DNA of 53,346 nt from a virus (lineage: Duplodnaviria > Caudoviricetes), in the IMG/VR virus record IMGVR_UViG_3300037187_000021, positions 1 through 53,346 of that record. One strand, given 5' to 3'. Position 1 is the first letter of the stretch. Every line of letters starts with the position of its first letter. Shown piece by piece: positions 16,605 through 24,895 of this stretch. The notes beneath the pieces were generated by a model. It worked only from the letters and a program-made list of their open reading frames with translations. It made no database searches and was not told where the DNA came from. A program made the translations under genes and the position numbers.

Positions 16605-17375
16605 ATGGTAGCCTTACCGAATTTCGACATTGACCCCACACTCGAAGCCATCAACGCCGCCATTGAGAAGCGCGAAGCCGAAAGGCCCGTCTACAAGCGC
16701 AATCTTGGGGTTGGTAAGCTTGGCGACGAATGTGAGCGGAAAGTCTATTACCATATAAACGACTTCCCAGCAGCACCGGCTGAAGCGTCCTTGATTTACG
16801 CGGGTCAGGATGGGCACGTCTGCGAAGCTGTCATGGCCGATCGTTTGCGGCTCGTGCCCGGCATCGATCTCTGGACACATACGGACGCCGGCAAGCAATT
16901 CGGTTTCAAGGATATGGATGGGAGGCTCAAGGGATATGCGGACGGCGTTATCTTGGGATTGCTGCAAGCGCCGGCGAGTTTGCATGTATGGGAAAACAAG
17001 GCGAAGTCCGTCAAACTTTTCAACGAATTCCAAAAGATAAAAGAAAAGCACGGCGAAAAAAATACACTTAAGGAATGGAATTTTGAGTACTTCGTGCAAG
17101 CGCAAATGCTCATGGGCTATTCGAAGTTTTTGGGATCGCCCGATGGTGACGGTCCGTTTATCGACCGGCACTATATGACTGTGACACAGCAGGGTGCGCG
17201 CGCAATGGATTCCTGCCGAACGGAATTCGACCGACCATTTTTCGAGGCGCAGAAAAAGAAGGCCGCCCGCTTGATCGCCGCAAAATCGGCGCCGGTCAGG
17301 ATCTCCGAATTCCGCTCTTTCTGGAAATGCAAGACGTGCGAGTTTGCGGATATTTGCTGGGGAAAACAGAAATGA
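16605..17375 (+). CDS. Cas4-like PD-(D/E)XK exonuclease
   Basis: N-terminal CER..Y, G.ADG, WENK, Y..Q.Q, C-terminal C..C.F...C. Confidence 0.85.
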   Translation: MVALPNFDIDPTLEAINAAIEKREAERPVYKRNLGVGKLGDECERKVYYHINDFPAAPAEASLIYAGQDGHVCEAVMADRLRLVPGIDLWTHTDAGKQFGFKDMDGRLKGYADGVILGLLQAPASLHVWENKAKSVKLFNEFQKIKEKHGEKNTLKEWNFEYFVQAQMLMGYSKFLGSPDGDGPFIDRHYMTVTQQGARAMDSCRTEFDRPFFEAQKKKAARLIAAKSAPVRISEFRSFWKCKTCEFADICWGKQK

Positions 17376-17496
17376 AAACAGAAATGACGCCCTATATCCC
17401 TAACTTATGCTTCCACGATGTTTCAATGGAGGAGATTGTCCTAACGTTTATCTTTTCCCTGGGGGGCTTTGCTCTTGTCTTAATTGAGGTGCTGAT

Positions 17497-17808
17497 GTGA
17501 CACAAATGCCAATCCGTATCCAGCGTAAAAGAACAAAAGGATGGCGTCTTCCAGCAAACACTGTCTGTGTTGATCGTTCTACGAAGTGGGGGAATCCTAT
17601 TATTTTACAATGCAAAATAAAGAAACCATCGCCGAGAATAAGACGGTGGCTTTCAGAATGTGCGGCTCAAATTTATAATAGGTTAGTAAAGAATGGACAA
17701 ATTCACATTCCAGATATTGATAAATTAAAAGGAAAAAATTTAGCATGTTGGTGTCCACTTTCTCAAAAATGCCACGCCGATGTGCTACTGGAAATTGCAA
17801 ATGCTTGA
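17497..17808 (+). CDS. DUF4326 family protein
   Basis: RIQRKRTKGWR.P..TV.V.R..KWGNP; L.GKNLACWC.L...CHADVLLE.AN. Confidence 0.88.
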   Translation: MTQMPIRIQRKRTKGWRLPANTVCVDRSTKWGNPIILQCKIKKPSPRIRRWLSECAAQIYNRLVKNGQIHIPDIDKLKGKNLACWCPLSQKCHADVLLEIANA

Positions 17809-19489
17809 ATTACGCCCTTACCAGAAAGAAGCTGTGCAAGCGCTCTACAACTGGTTCCAGCAAAACGATCATGGCAATCCATTGATTGTCTTGCCGACCG
17901 GCTCAGGAAAAAGTTTAGTGGCCGCCAAGATATTCGAGGATGCCCTAAAATGGCCGAACCAGCGCGTCTTGAACATCACTCATGTCAGGGAATTAATATC
18001 GCAGAACTATCAGGCGCTGATAAAACTCTGGCCCGAAGCGCCAGCGGGAATCTATTCGGCTGGCCTCGATAAGCGCCAGCACCAAAAGAAAATCGTCTTC
18101 GCCGGGATTCAATCGATCTACAAAAAAGCCGAATTGATCGGGTGGCGCGATCTGATTATCATCGATGAGGCGCACCTGATTTCGGATTCCGATAGCGGGA
18201 TGTACCGGCTGTTTATTCAGGGCATGAAACGAATCAATCCGGACATGAAGATCATCGGCCTTTCGGCAACGCCATGGCGCCTGAAATCAGGGCTGCTGCA
18301 CAAAGGAACAAATGCTCTTTTTAACGCGATTGCCTATGAGCTCCCCCTCACCCGGCTTGTTAAGGAAGGTTACTTGTCTCCATTGGTTAACAAAGCCGCC
18401 ATGGTGCAGGGCGATACATCGAGCATTTCTCTTAAGGGCGGCGAATTCGCCATCCGGGAAGCCGCCAATGCGTTTGATCGGCAAACCCTCACGACCGCCG
18501 CCGTGGACGAAATGCTCGCCCTGGGGGCTGACAGGAAGTCATGGCTCGTCTTCTGCATCCTCAAGGAGCACGCAGAGCATGTTAAGGACTGCCTGTTGGA
18601 AAAAGGGATTTCAGCGGCATGCGTGACGGATGATACCCCTTCGGCGGAACGCGCAAGAATATTACAGGATTTCAAAGCTGGCAGGATACGCGCCCTCACG
18701 AATGTCGGAATCGCCACCACCGGTTTCGATGCGCCAGCCGTTGATCTTATCGCCATGTTGCGCCCCACCATGTCCGCCGGCCTTTTGGTCCAAATGCTCG
18801 GTCGGGGCATGCGGATTGCGGAAGGCAAAAAGGATTGTCTCGTGCTCGATTTTGCGGGGAATCTGGAAATGCACGGACCCGTAACGCATATAAGCCCTCC
18901 CGAAGGCGTCCGCAAAAAGACAGATCGGGATGGAAAGATGTGCCAGAGCTGCCGTACCATCAATCCTTTTGCGGCCACTGAATGCATTGACTGCGGCGCC
19001 CCATTTGCGCGCGAAAGCGGTCCACGCAAAATCAAGCATTCGACACGCGCATCCCATGCCGAAGTTATGAGCGATGCGCCCCAAATTACCGATGTGCCGA
19101 TATGGCTCGATGTCAATCATTGCAGTTACGAAATCCACAATAAACCGGGCTCTCCCCCTTCCCTCAAGGTCGCCTATAACTGCAAGCCGCATTATGTGCT
19201 GGAATGGGTCGCCTTCGCGCGTAGTGGTTATCCGGGCGAGAAGGCCAAAGAGTGGTGGGTAAAACATGGCGGACAGATGCCGGTGCCCGGAACGACAGCG
19301 GACGCCATGGCGCGGCTGCCTGAAATTGCGGGGATGAAGGCGCAGCGAATCAAGGTGAAAAAAGATGGAGCATGGACGCGAATCGTCGGCTATGATTTGG
19401 TTCCAGCGGTGACGCGCCTGATCAACACAGGCGGCAATCTGGGGGGCCGCATAACGCAGGTGGAACATGCAGAAAATACCGCCGCATAG
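17801..19489 (+). CDS. SF2 DEAH helicase (RadD-like) with zinc ribbon
   Basis: LRPYQ, PTGSGKS, IIDEAH, SATP, TGFDAP, QMLGRGMR, C..C...C..CG. Confidence 0.93.
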   Translation: MLELRPYQKEAVQALYNWFQQNDHGNPLIVLPTGSGKSLVAAKIFEDALKWPNQRVLNITHVRELISQNYQALIKLWPEAPAGIYSAGLDKRQHQKKIVFAGIQSIYKKAELIGWRDLIIIDEAHLISDSDSGMYRLFIQGMKRINPDMKIIGLSATPWRLKSGLLHKGTNALFNAIAYELPLTRLVKEGYLSPLVNKAAMVQGDTSSISLKGGEFAIREAANAFDRQTLTTAAVDEMLALGADRKSWLVFCILKEHAEHVKDCLLEKGISAACVTDDTPSAERARILQDFKAGRIRALTNVGIATTGFDAPAVDLIAMLRPTMSAGLLVQMLGRGMRIAEGKKDCLVLDFAGNLEMHGPVTHISPPEGVRKKTDRDGKMCQSCRTINPFAATECIDCGAPFARESGPRKIKHSTRASHAEVMSDAPQITDVPIWLDVNHCSYEIHNKPGSPPSLKVAYNCKPHYVLEWVAFARSGYPGEKAKEWWVKHGGQMPVPGTTADAMARLPEIAGMKAQRIKVKKDGAWTRIVGYDLVPAVTRLINTGGNLGGRITQVEHAENTAA

Positions 19490-19688
19490 AAAAGCATCCA
19501 TCCTCACCATGCTCGAAGAGCTGTGGAAGATCGTCGACGGTATGACGCCGGAAACGCGATGCCGCGATTGCCAGTATTTCGGAAACGGCGGTGTGTGCCG
19601 GATGGCCGACAATCAAATGATACCAAAAGACGTTCTGGCGACTGGGTGCCCCGAGTGGAAGTTTAATCAGAAGAGCGCCCCTTTCTAG
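19467..19688 (+). CDS. Small Cys-containing protein
   Basis: C..C.YF...C...GC..W pattern after the helicase. Confidence 0.7.
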   Translation: MQKIPPHRKASILTMLEELWKIVDGMTPETRCRDCQYFGNGGVCRMADNQMIPKDVLATGCPEWKFNQKSAPF

Positions 19689-19699
19689 GAGGAAAAACG

Positions 19700-20104
19700 A
19701 TGGATGAAAAATGCCCACGCTGCAACTGGCCTATCGTCTCACGCGGCGAAGCTGGCTGCACCAACGGGAATTGCGCTTGTCTCTGCCAATCGTATCCGGC
19801 GTGTAAATGCGGAGCGTTCGACAAGGAAAGCCCCGAGATAGCTATCTCAGTGCCCGCCGGAACAAAAGCGCCGCTCGTTGAAACGCCTGCGCCGGTCTAT
19901 CGGGAGGCGCAAGACGTTCCTTTTGTGCCGATTCGGGAGCCACTCAATTCGGGCCAGACTTTCGTCATGCTGCATCAGCCGGATGGAAAAAAGGCGACCG
20001 TGGTTTATATCGGCCGCGACAAAGGGAAGGCTTTTGACGCACTGATCGAAATGGGTAAAAGCGGCGATGCGCTGCTTTCCGAGATAACAGTGGTTGAAGA
20101 ATGA
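19700..20104 (+). CDS. Hypothetical protein with Cys-rich N-terminus
   Basis: RBS AGGAGG; coupled to the next gene. Confidence 0.7.
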   Translation: MDEKCPRCNWPIVSRGEAGCTNGNCACLCQSYPACKCGAFDKESPEIAISVPAGTKAPLVETPAPVYREAQDVPFVPIREPLNSGQTFVMLHQPDGKKATVVYIGRDKGKAFDALIEMGKSGDALLSEITVVEE

Positions 20105-20442
20105 TCCGTCTGATCCTTCCTTTTCCGCCTCCCGAACTGAATCCTAATAAGCGCCTCCATTGGGCAGCAAAGACAAAAATAAAGAATGCAGAAAAGGAAA
20201 TGGGCTATGCGCTTTCCTTGCCGCATCGCGGCCAGATTAAAGGCAACGTAGCGCTTGAGCTGATTTTCCACGCGTCTTCCAACCGGGCATACGATCTCGA
20301 TAACGCCTTGGCAAGCTGCAAGGCCGCCATCGATGGCATAGCAACCGGATTGGGCATTAACGACAAACAGTTTCAGCCGATCACGATTGACCGCGGCACA
20401 GTAGATAAAGAAAATCCACGTGTAGAAATTAAAATAGGGTAA
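20101..20442 (+). CDS. rusA: RusA-like Holliday junction resolvase
   Basis: LP.PP...N; R..DLDN....K...DG....LG.ND..F; PRVEI.I. Confidence 0.85.
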   Translation: MIRLILPFPPPELNPNKRLHWAAKTKIKNAEKEMGYALSLPHRGQIKGNVALELIFHASSNRAYDLDNALASCKAAIDGIATGLGINDKQFQPITIDRGTVDKENPRVEIKIG

Positions 20443-20721
20443 TCACGGCTGAATCTCTTCAACTTTGGTTTGCACAATCTTGAATGCCTCGGCCTCGCGC
20501 TGCTCCTTGAGATGACGCTGGAGCACTTCGATAACCTTCTCCAGGCTGTCCTCGCTGAAAATCATAAAGGCCGCGTCGTCGCTTTTATGGCGTGCGACAA
20601 GCGTGAGCTGGATGGCAGGCGTGAACATGCGGGCGAGGTTGACCAGCGTGATAATCACGCTTTCACGCACGGTGTCAGTGATAGGGACTACAATCTTGCC
20701 GTTTTTTTTATAGTGGGTCAT
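20443..20721 (-). CDS. Hypothetical protein
   Basis: RBS AAGGAG; last gene of the leftward accessory array. Confidence 0.7.
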   Translation of the reverse strand: MTHYKKNGKIVVPITDTVRESVIITLVNLARMFTPAIQLTLVARHKSDDAAFMIFSEDSLEKVIEVLQRHLKEQREAEAFKIVQTKVEEIQP

Positions 20722-20724
20722 GAT

Positions 20725-20826
20725 TTACTCCTTATCTTGATGAGAACGCCACGCCGCCCACAGGACAACGAGCAGATTACCGCCGAGCCAGACGATCAGG
20801 AGAATGAGCGCGGTGTTTTCGGTCAT
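20725..20826 (-). CDS. 33-aa single-TM protein
   Basis: MTENTALILLIVWLGGNLLVVLWAAWRSHQDKE; TAATG coupling. Confidence 0.55.
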   Translation of the reverse strand: MTENTALILLIVWLGGNLLVVLWAAWRSHQDKE

Positions 20827-21029
20827 TATGGCCCAATCTCCCTTTCGTCTTGTCTGGCTGAATCATAAATGCGTTCCGAATAGCGAACGATGTCGGCAAT
20901 CAATGACATGCGTAACTTGCCACCGTGAACCGTCAAATGATCTTCGATATGATTGAGCAGCCCTTCGGCGGCGGCGAATTTATGTTCCCGTATCTTGTCG
21001 GCTTTACTTCTCGCTCCAATTTCTACCAT
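20826..21029 (-). CDS. Hypothetical protein
   Basis: RBS GAAAGGA; packed array. Confidence 0.6.
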   Translation of the reverse strand: MVEIGARSKADKIREHKFAAAEGLLNHIEDHLTVHGGKLRMSLIADIVRYSERIYDSARQDEREIGP

Positions 21030-21062
21030 GCATATAAATCGTCCTTTCTTGTCTGCGACATG

Positions 21063-21272
21063 TTATCCTCCTCTGGTTAATCGTCTGCGTTGTAATTCGT
21101 ATGGCACACACTCGTCACAATACCATTGCTTGCCGATCTTTTCCCAACCTTCGCCCATTAAAAATTCATCTGATAGACGGCCCTTGGATTGCAAACTTTT
21201 GCCACATGGGCAAAATACCATGATAAGATGCCAAGATACCTTGATAAGATGCGGCGAAGTGGACTTAGTCAT
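21063..21272 (-). CDS. Hypothetical zinc-binding protein
   Basis: C.CG and GW......WYC..C. Confidence 0.6.
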   Translation of the reverse strand: MTKSTSPHLIKVSWHLIMVFCPCGKSLQSKGRLSDEFLMGEGWEKIGKQWYCDECVPYELQRRRLTRGG

Positions 21273-21427
21273 AGTGTCCCACCTTTAAGGGTAATCTTTC
21301 GCTTTGGTGAGCACCTTGTTGAAAAACTCAATCATAGCTCTTCTGTATCGCGCATACCTCGAACGCTTCGATGTTCGGGGAAAACTCAGTCTGGCCGCAG
21401 CGATGGCATCCCGTGGTTACTGTTTCT

Positions 21428-21772
21428 TTAGCCATTTGCCATCTCCAATAAAACATCAGCGTGACACGGTTGATCGAGTGAACACCAACAAGACAGATTT
21501 TTTCCGCGCAGCTCACTAACTTTAGGAACGCCAAGCTGCTCTATAAGGTTTACAATTCGCTCCCGATAGAGCACACAAGCAAGCTCCGGCGTTACGATCA
21601 TTATCTGTTCTTGCGAAGGGCGAAGTTTATTTCGTTTGTTCTTCACGACGATATGCGCTTCTGAACCAACCTCAAACGGGTTGCCCCATTTACTGCCGCG
21701 CCCGACATAGACAGACTCGCAACCAGCTTTGTATCCTTTAGCGCGACTACGTTTTATGCGGATAGGATTCAT
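21428..21772 (-). CDS. DUF4326 family protein (second copy)
   Basis: VYVGR.SKWGNPF; ELRGKNL.CWC.LDQPCHADVLLE.AN. Confidence 0.88.
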   Translation of the reverse strand: MNPIRIKRSRAKGYKAGCESVYVGRGSKWGNPFEVGSEAHIVVKNKRNKLRPSQEQIMIVTPELACVLYRERIVNLIEQLGVPKVSELRGKNLSCWCSLDQPCHADVLLEMANG

Positions 21773-21927
21773 GGCGTTATTTCCTTACATTCGATGTTGC
21801 GGCCCACCCACACCGGCATCATGTGGGCATCGGTGCACTTGTCGTTCGCGGCCCGGAGTTCGGTGGCGCTCATTTCGCAGGAGGTTAGAAGCAGAAGCGC
21901 AAACAAAAGTGTGGTTTTAGTTATCAT
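21769..21927 (-). CDS. Small lipoprotein (52 aa, absent from ORF track)
   Basis: MITKTTLLFALLLLTS|C lipobox; two further Cys. Confidence 0.7.
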   Translation of the reverse strand: MITKTTLLFALLLLTSCEMSATELRAANDKCTDAHMMPVWVGRNIECKEITP

Positions 21928-22096
21928 GTCGCATATCTCTTTTCAGTGCTCGAATGTTTTTCCATTTCACTTCGTCGAACTTCTTCTCGATCAGGCGCTC
22001 GTCTTCTTTAGTTCCGATGCCTCCACGAATACGTCGCGCCGCCAATTCAAGGCGTATCTGTTCCGCATCGAGCGTGGTTTGTGGATCATTCGGCAT
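21917..22096 (-). CDS. Small hypothetical protein (PQTT start)
   Basis: MPNDPQTTLDAEQ...; RBS GGAGGT. Confidence 0.6.
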   Translation of the reverse strand: MPNDPQTTLDAEQIRLELAARRIRGGIGTKEDERLIEKKFDEVKWKNIRALKRDMRHDN

Positions 22097-22253
22097 CTAG
22101 CACCTCCCCTATTTCTCTTGACCAATATGACAATTCCTCACTGACAAACCACCCGCTAAGAACACCCGGATGTTCAGCGAAACGGTTCGCAGACGCCACC
22201 ATCTCCTCCTGAAGTTTCCTCAAGCGTTCTTTCGTGGTTTGTGGCTTAATCAT
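22086..22253 (-). CDS. Small hypothetical protein (PQTT start)
   Basis: MIKPQTTKERLRK...; overlaps both neighbours. Confidence 0.55.
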   Translation of the reverse strand: MIKPQTTKERLRKLQEEMVASANRFAEHPGVLSGWFVSEELSYWSREIGEVLDAE

Positions 22254-22434
22254 GTTCGTCATCCCAAGTCAGGCGTTGACCGTTCTTCTGCACGACATAA
22301 CCACAAGCTGTAAGAGCGCGGATTATATTTTTTACTTCCATAATTCCATAGTGAGGATGCTTGCTTTTCGGATGGGCGGCTTTGGCAATCTCCTCAAACA
22401 CGGAGCGCGGGGTCGTGGTTTGTGGATCAGGCAT
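22246..22434 (-). CDS. Small hypothetical protein (PQTT start)
   Basis: MPDPQTTTPRSVF...; RBS GAGGG. Confidence 0.6.
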   Translation of the reverse strand: MPDPQTTTPRSVFEEIAKAAHPKSKHPHYGIMEVKNIIRALTACGYVVQKNGQRLTWDDEHD

Positions 22435-22726
22435 TATGTCCCTCTTTCTGGTCGATGTAATCACGGGCCATGCGGAGAATATCTCTCGTTAGATATGCTC
22501 CATCGACGTTTGACATTTTAGCCATAGTGTCTAGCCAGTCAGACAATTGTAACGGCGTTTTAGGCATGACGCCAAACACCTTCGGGCGGCGAAGGATTTT
22601 GGGTGTTCTGTCCGTGGTCTTAGTCATTATTCCCTCCAGTAAAGATAAGTGAACGTCATCCATGCGATGAAGACACCGAGTCCGGCGAGGATATGCTCAA
22701 TATGCGTCCAGTCGCTTTCTGACATT

Positions 22727-23032
22727 TCATTCCCCCTTGATTTTGGCGAGGACGGCGTCTGCTTTGTTGACTACATCCTGATAGCCATCGTCTTTTTCTA
22801 TGTAGTCGCGACATGCGATTAAAGCCTCCACCAGCTCGGCATGGTGGTTAACGCATTTCACGATGAGCGCGGCGTTGTCCTTCGCTTCCTGATTTATTTC
22901 GTCCGCATGAGGCATTGTCTTTGGCACAACCGCCATATCACAAATAAACTGTCCGTCTGCCGCCACAACCGGAAGCCCGCAGATTGAGGATATTTCAGTG
23001 GCGCAATGCCAAGGTAATTTCGCTGTTGTCAT
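22727..23032 (-). CDS. Phage accessory protein
   Basis: PW...NA.LI...N.H.ELVEAL...A..LAK..GE pattern; RBS within the 47-bp repeat. Confidence 0.75.
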   Translation of the reverse strand: MTTAKLPWHCATEISSICGLPVVAADGQFICDMAVVPKTMPHADEINQEAKDNAALIVKCVNHHAELVEALIACRDYIEKDDGYQDVVNKADAVLAKIKGE

Positions 23033-23317
23033 CTCGCGTTCCTTTCGTTACCGGGCGGCATTGCTGCCGGGGTGGGTTAGTCCAACTTTGCTTGTGGGTA
23101 TCGAATTTTTGCTTCATCCAGCAGAAACTTTTCCGCGCATTCGAGCGTGTCGAAGGTTCCCTCGGCAGTGACACCGCTCATTTCTTCACCGAGCTTGGCC
23201 GTAAAGCCGCCGTCCCAAAATGTAGAGATGCTGGCATTGATTTCATTGTTGTAAAGTTTTTGTAAGGCCTTTGTCATCTCGCGTTCCTTTCGTTACCGGG
23301 CGGCATTGCTGCCGGGG
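23026..23317. repeat. Perfect 47-bp direct repeat (23026-23072, 23271-23317)
   Basis: TTGTCATCTCGCGTTCCTTTCGTTACCGGGCGGCATTGCTGCCGGGG present twice. Confidence 0.95.
23077..23277 (-). CDS. Hypothetical protein
   Basis: Bounded by the 47-bp repeats. Confidence 0.75.
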   Translation of the reverse strand: MTKALQKLYNNEINASISTFWDGGFTAKLGEEMSGVTAEGTFDTLECAEKFLLDEAKIRYPQAKLD

Positions 23318-23318
23318 G

Positions 23319-23504
23319 TTAGGCGACTTTTTTGAAAAAATCTTTCAGTCCTTGCGAAACGCAAAATGCCACGAAAGATTTAATCGCCGGAGCTTCCAAA
23401 AAAACTTCATGGTCGCCGTTCTCACGAGGTGCGCGAAGTTTTATCTGATAGCCATCGAATGAGGCATAGAGGCCATCCCCTAGGTAAGTTTCTTTCTGGT
23501 TCAT
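23319..23504 (-). CDS. Hypothetical phage protein
   Basis: YLGDGLYASFDG motif; RBS GAGGTGG. Confidence 0.75.
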   Translation of the reverse strand: MNQKETYLGDGLYASFDGYQIKLRAPRENGDHEVFLEAPAIKSFVAFCVSQGLKDFFKKVA

Positions 23505-23629
23505 CTTCCACCTCTTCCGGTTAGGGGTTGAAATAAAACACTTTGTTGCCGTAAGGGATCAAACGTCCGCATGTCTCGGCCTGTGTTCTGCGAAAAGTCC
23601 ATTCAAGAGGCGGCATCTCACTTCACGGG

Positions 23630-23920
23630 TTAGGGGTTGCGCATGATTGGCTTGATAGAAACATTGAAGTGGTGTCCCTCCAGAATGATGTCTATGTCAG
23701 CTTGACCCATTCCACAGCCGCCTCCTGTGAACTTTGCTCCTTTCGCCTCACAAGCTTCTTGAAGCCATTTGCGGCTATTCCACAATGAAGGAGCGTCACC
23801 AAAATCAGGATGCAGTTTCACCCCCTCGTCTGGCAAATTAACTGCTATCTGTTCACCGGGATTAACCGGCTTTTTAAATTGAACTATTGTATGTTGAACT
23901 AGTGTATCGTCTTCGCACAT
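23630..23920 (-). CDS. Hypothetical protein
   Basis: ORF bounded by CCCTAACCCGTGA junction motifs; start uncertain. Confidence 0.6.
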   Translation of the reverse strand: MCEDDTLVQHTIVQFKKPVNPGEQIAVNLPDEGVKLHPDFGDAPSLWNSRKWLQEACEAKGAKFTGGGCGMGQADIDIILEGHHFNVSIKPIMRNP

Positions 23921-23958
23921 TTTTTTTCTCACGGGTTAGGGTTGATTGCGCGGCGGGG

Positions 23959-24138
23959 TTAGGGCCTACTTTTGATATTGCAAATTAACTCAGTTGGCGC
24001 ATGTTGAAATTCAACATCCACCCATCCATTGCAAGTATCGGGCAATTCGCAGGAGCCGCCCAGCCATTCGCACCATTCTTGCAAGATACATTTGCCGAAC
24101 ATTCCTTTGCGAATGCGATAGCGTCCTGATCTCCCCAT
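23959..24138 (-). CDS. Hypothetical protein
   Basis: MGRSGRYRIRKGMFGKCILQE...; RBS AGGAGG. Confidence 0.65.
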   Translation of the reverse strand: MGRSGRYRIRKGMFGKCILQEWCEWLGGSCELPDTCNGWVDVEFQHAPTELICNIKSRP

Positions 24139-24167
24139 CTTCCCTCCTGTCTGGTTGACTGTGTTTT

Positions 24168-24377
24168 CTACGACCCCGACCCCGACGCCGACCGCGACCG
24201 CGACCCCGACCCCGACGCCGACCACGACCACGACCCCGACCGCGACCGCGACCACGACCGCGACCCCGACCACGACCCCGACGCCGACCCCGACCCCGAC
24301 CCCGACCACGACCCCGACCACGACCACGACCCCGACCACGACCCCGACCAGTATTTTTTCTTTTTTACCGCGATCAT
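24168..24377 (-). CDS. Ser-X (X = Gly/Trp/Arg/Ala) dipeptide-repeat protein
   Basis: MIAVKKKKYW followed by about 30 Ser-X units; ATGA coupling to the upstream gene. Confidence 0.72.
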   Translation of the reverse strand: MIAVKKKKYWSGSWSGSWSWSGSWSGSGSGSASGSWSGSRSWSRSRSGSWSWSASGSGSRSRSASGSGS

Positions 24378-24631
24378 TTTAAAAGCCCGAAGCTCTCGAT
24401 CATTCCAAGCTGGACGTACCAGGAGCCGGGAAGCGATTGAGCGTCTTTCCAGGCCTTCTCGTTGAACGCGCCGGTTTCGTAAACTATTTTTGCATCATCC
24501 AGAAGAACGCAGGTATCATTCACCCCGACAAGTTTGCCGGTGTAGATGTATGACGCACAGAATATCGTCACTGTTTCGCCGAGCAGATTCACAAGGCCTT
24601 CGCCCTCAACTTCTGTAACTATCTTCTTCAT
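24374..24631 (-). CDS. Predicted Sm/LSm-like beta-barrel protein
   Basis: LLGETVTIF...YIYTGKLVGVNDTCVLLDDA resembles the Sm1 motif; terminal WYV....IESF resembles Sm2; RBS GGAGG. Confidence 0.75.
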   Translation of the reverse strand: MKKIVTEVEGEGLVNLLGETVTIFCASYIYTGKLVGVNDTCVLLDDAKIVYETGAFNEKAWKDAQSLPGSWYVQLGMIESFGLLK

Positions 24632-24895
24632 ATTTTCCTCCATGTTTGTGGTTGACTGCACTGAAACAGAAACTTAGTGAAGCTGTCTGGGCGTTTGATT
24701 ATGGCGTCAGAGTTGCAGCCAAGGCCATAAACGATACCCAAAAACAATCTGCCTATTGTCGCCGGAGAAACTGTCAAGAAACTCGGCCAGCTTCACTAAA
24801 TTTCCCTTCATTGTTGACGGCACTCTCCGGGGAAGGTGGCGACGTTCCCGTAATCTCAATGGAGCGTTACGGCCCCGCCGCCCCATCCCGAGGGA

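Noticed and set aside
23316-23964. Telomere-like TTAGGG sequences
   Set aside because: Dispersed single copies that coincide with stop codons, not a tandem telomeric tract
23959-24382. Val/Gly-repeat ORF (23959..24339, -) and Thr/Pro-repeat ORF (24155..24382, +)
   Set aside because: These are alternative frames of the hexamer repeat. Only the Ser-X frame has a coupled ATG in operon orientation, and 23959..24138 has its own RBS.
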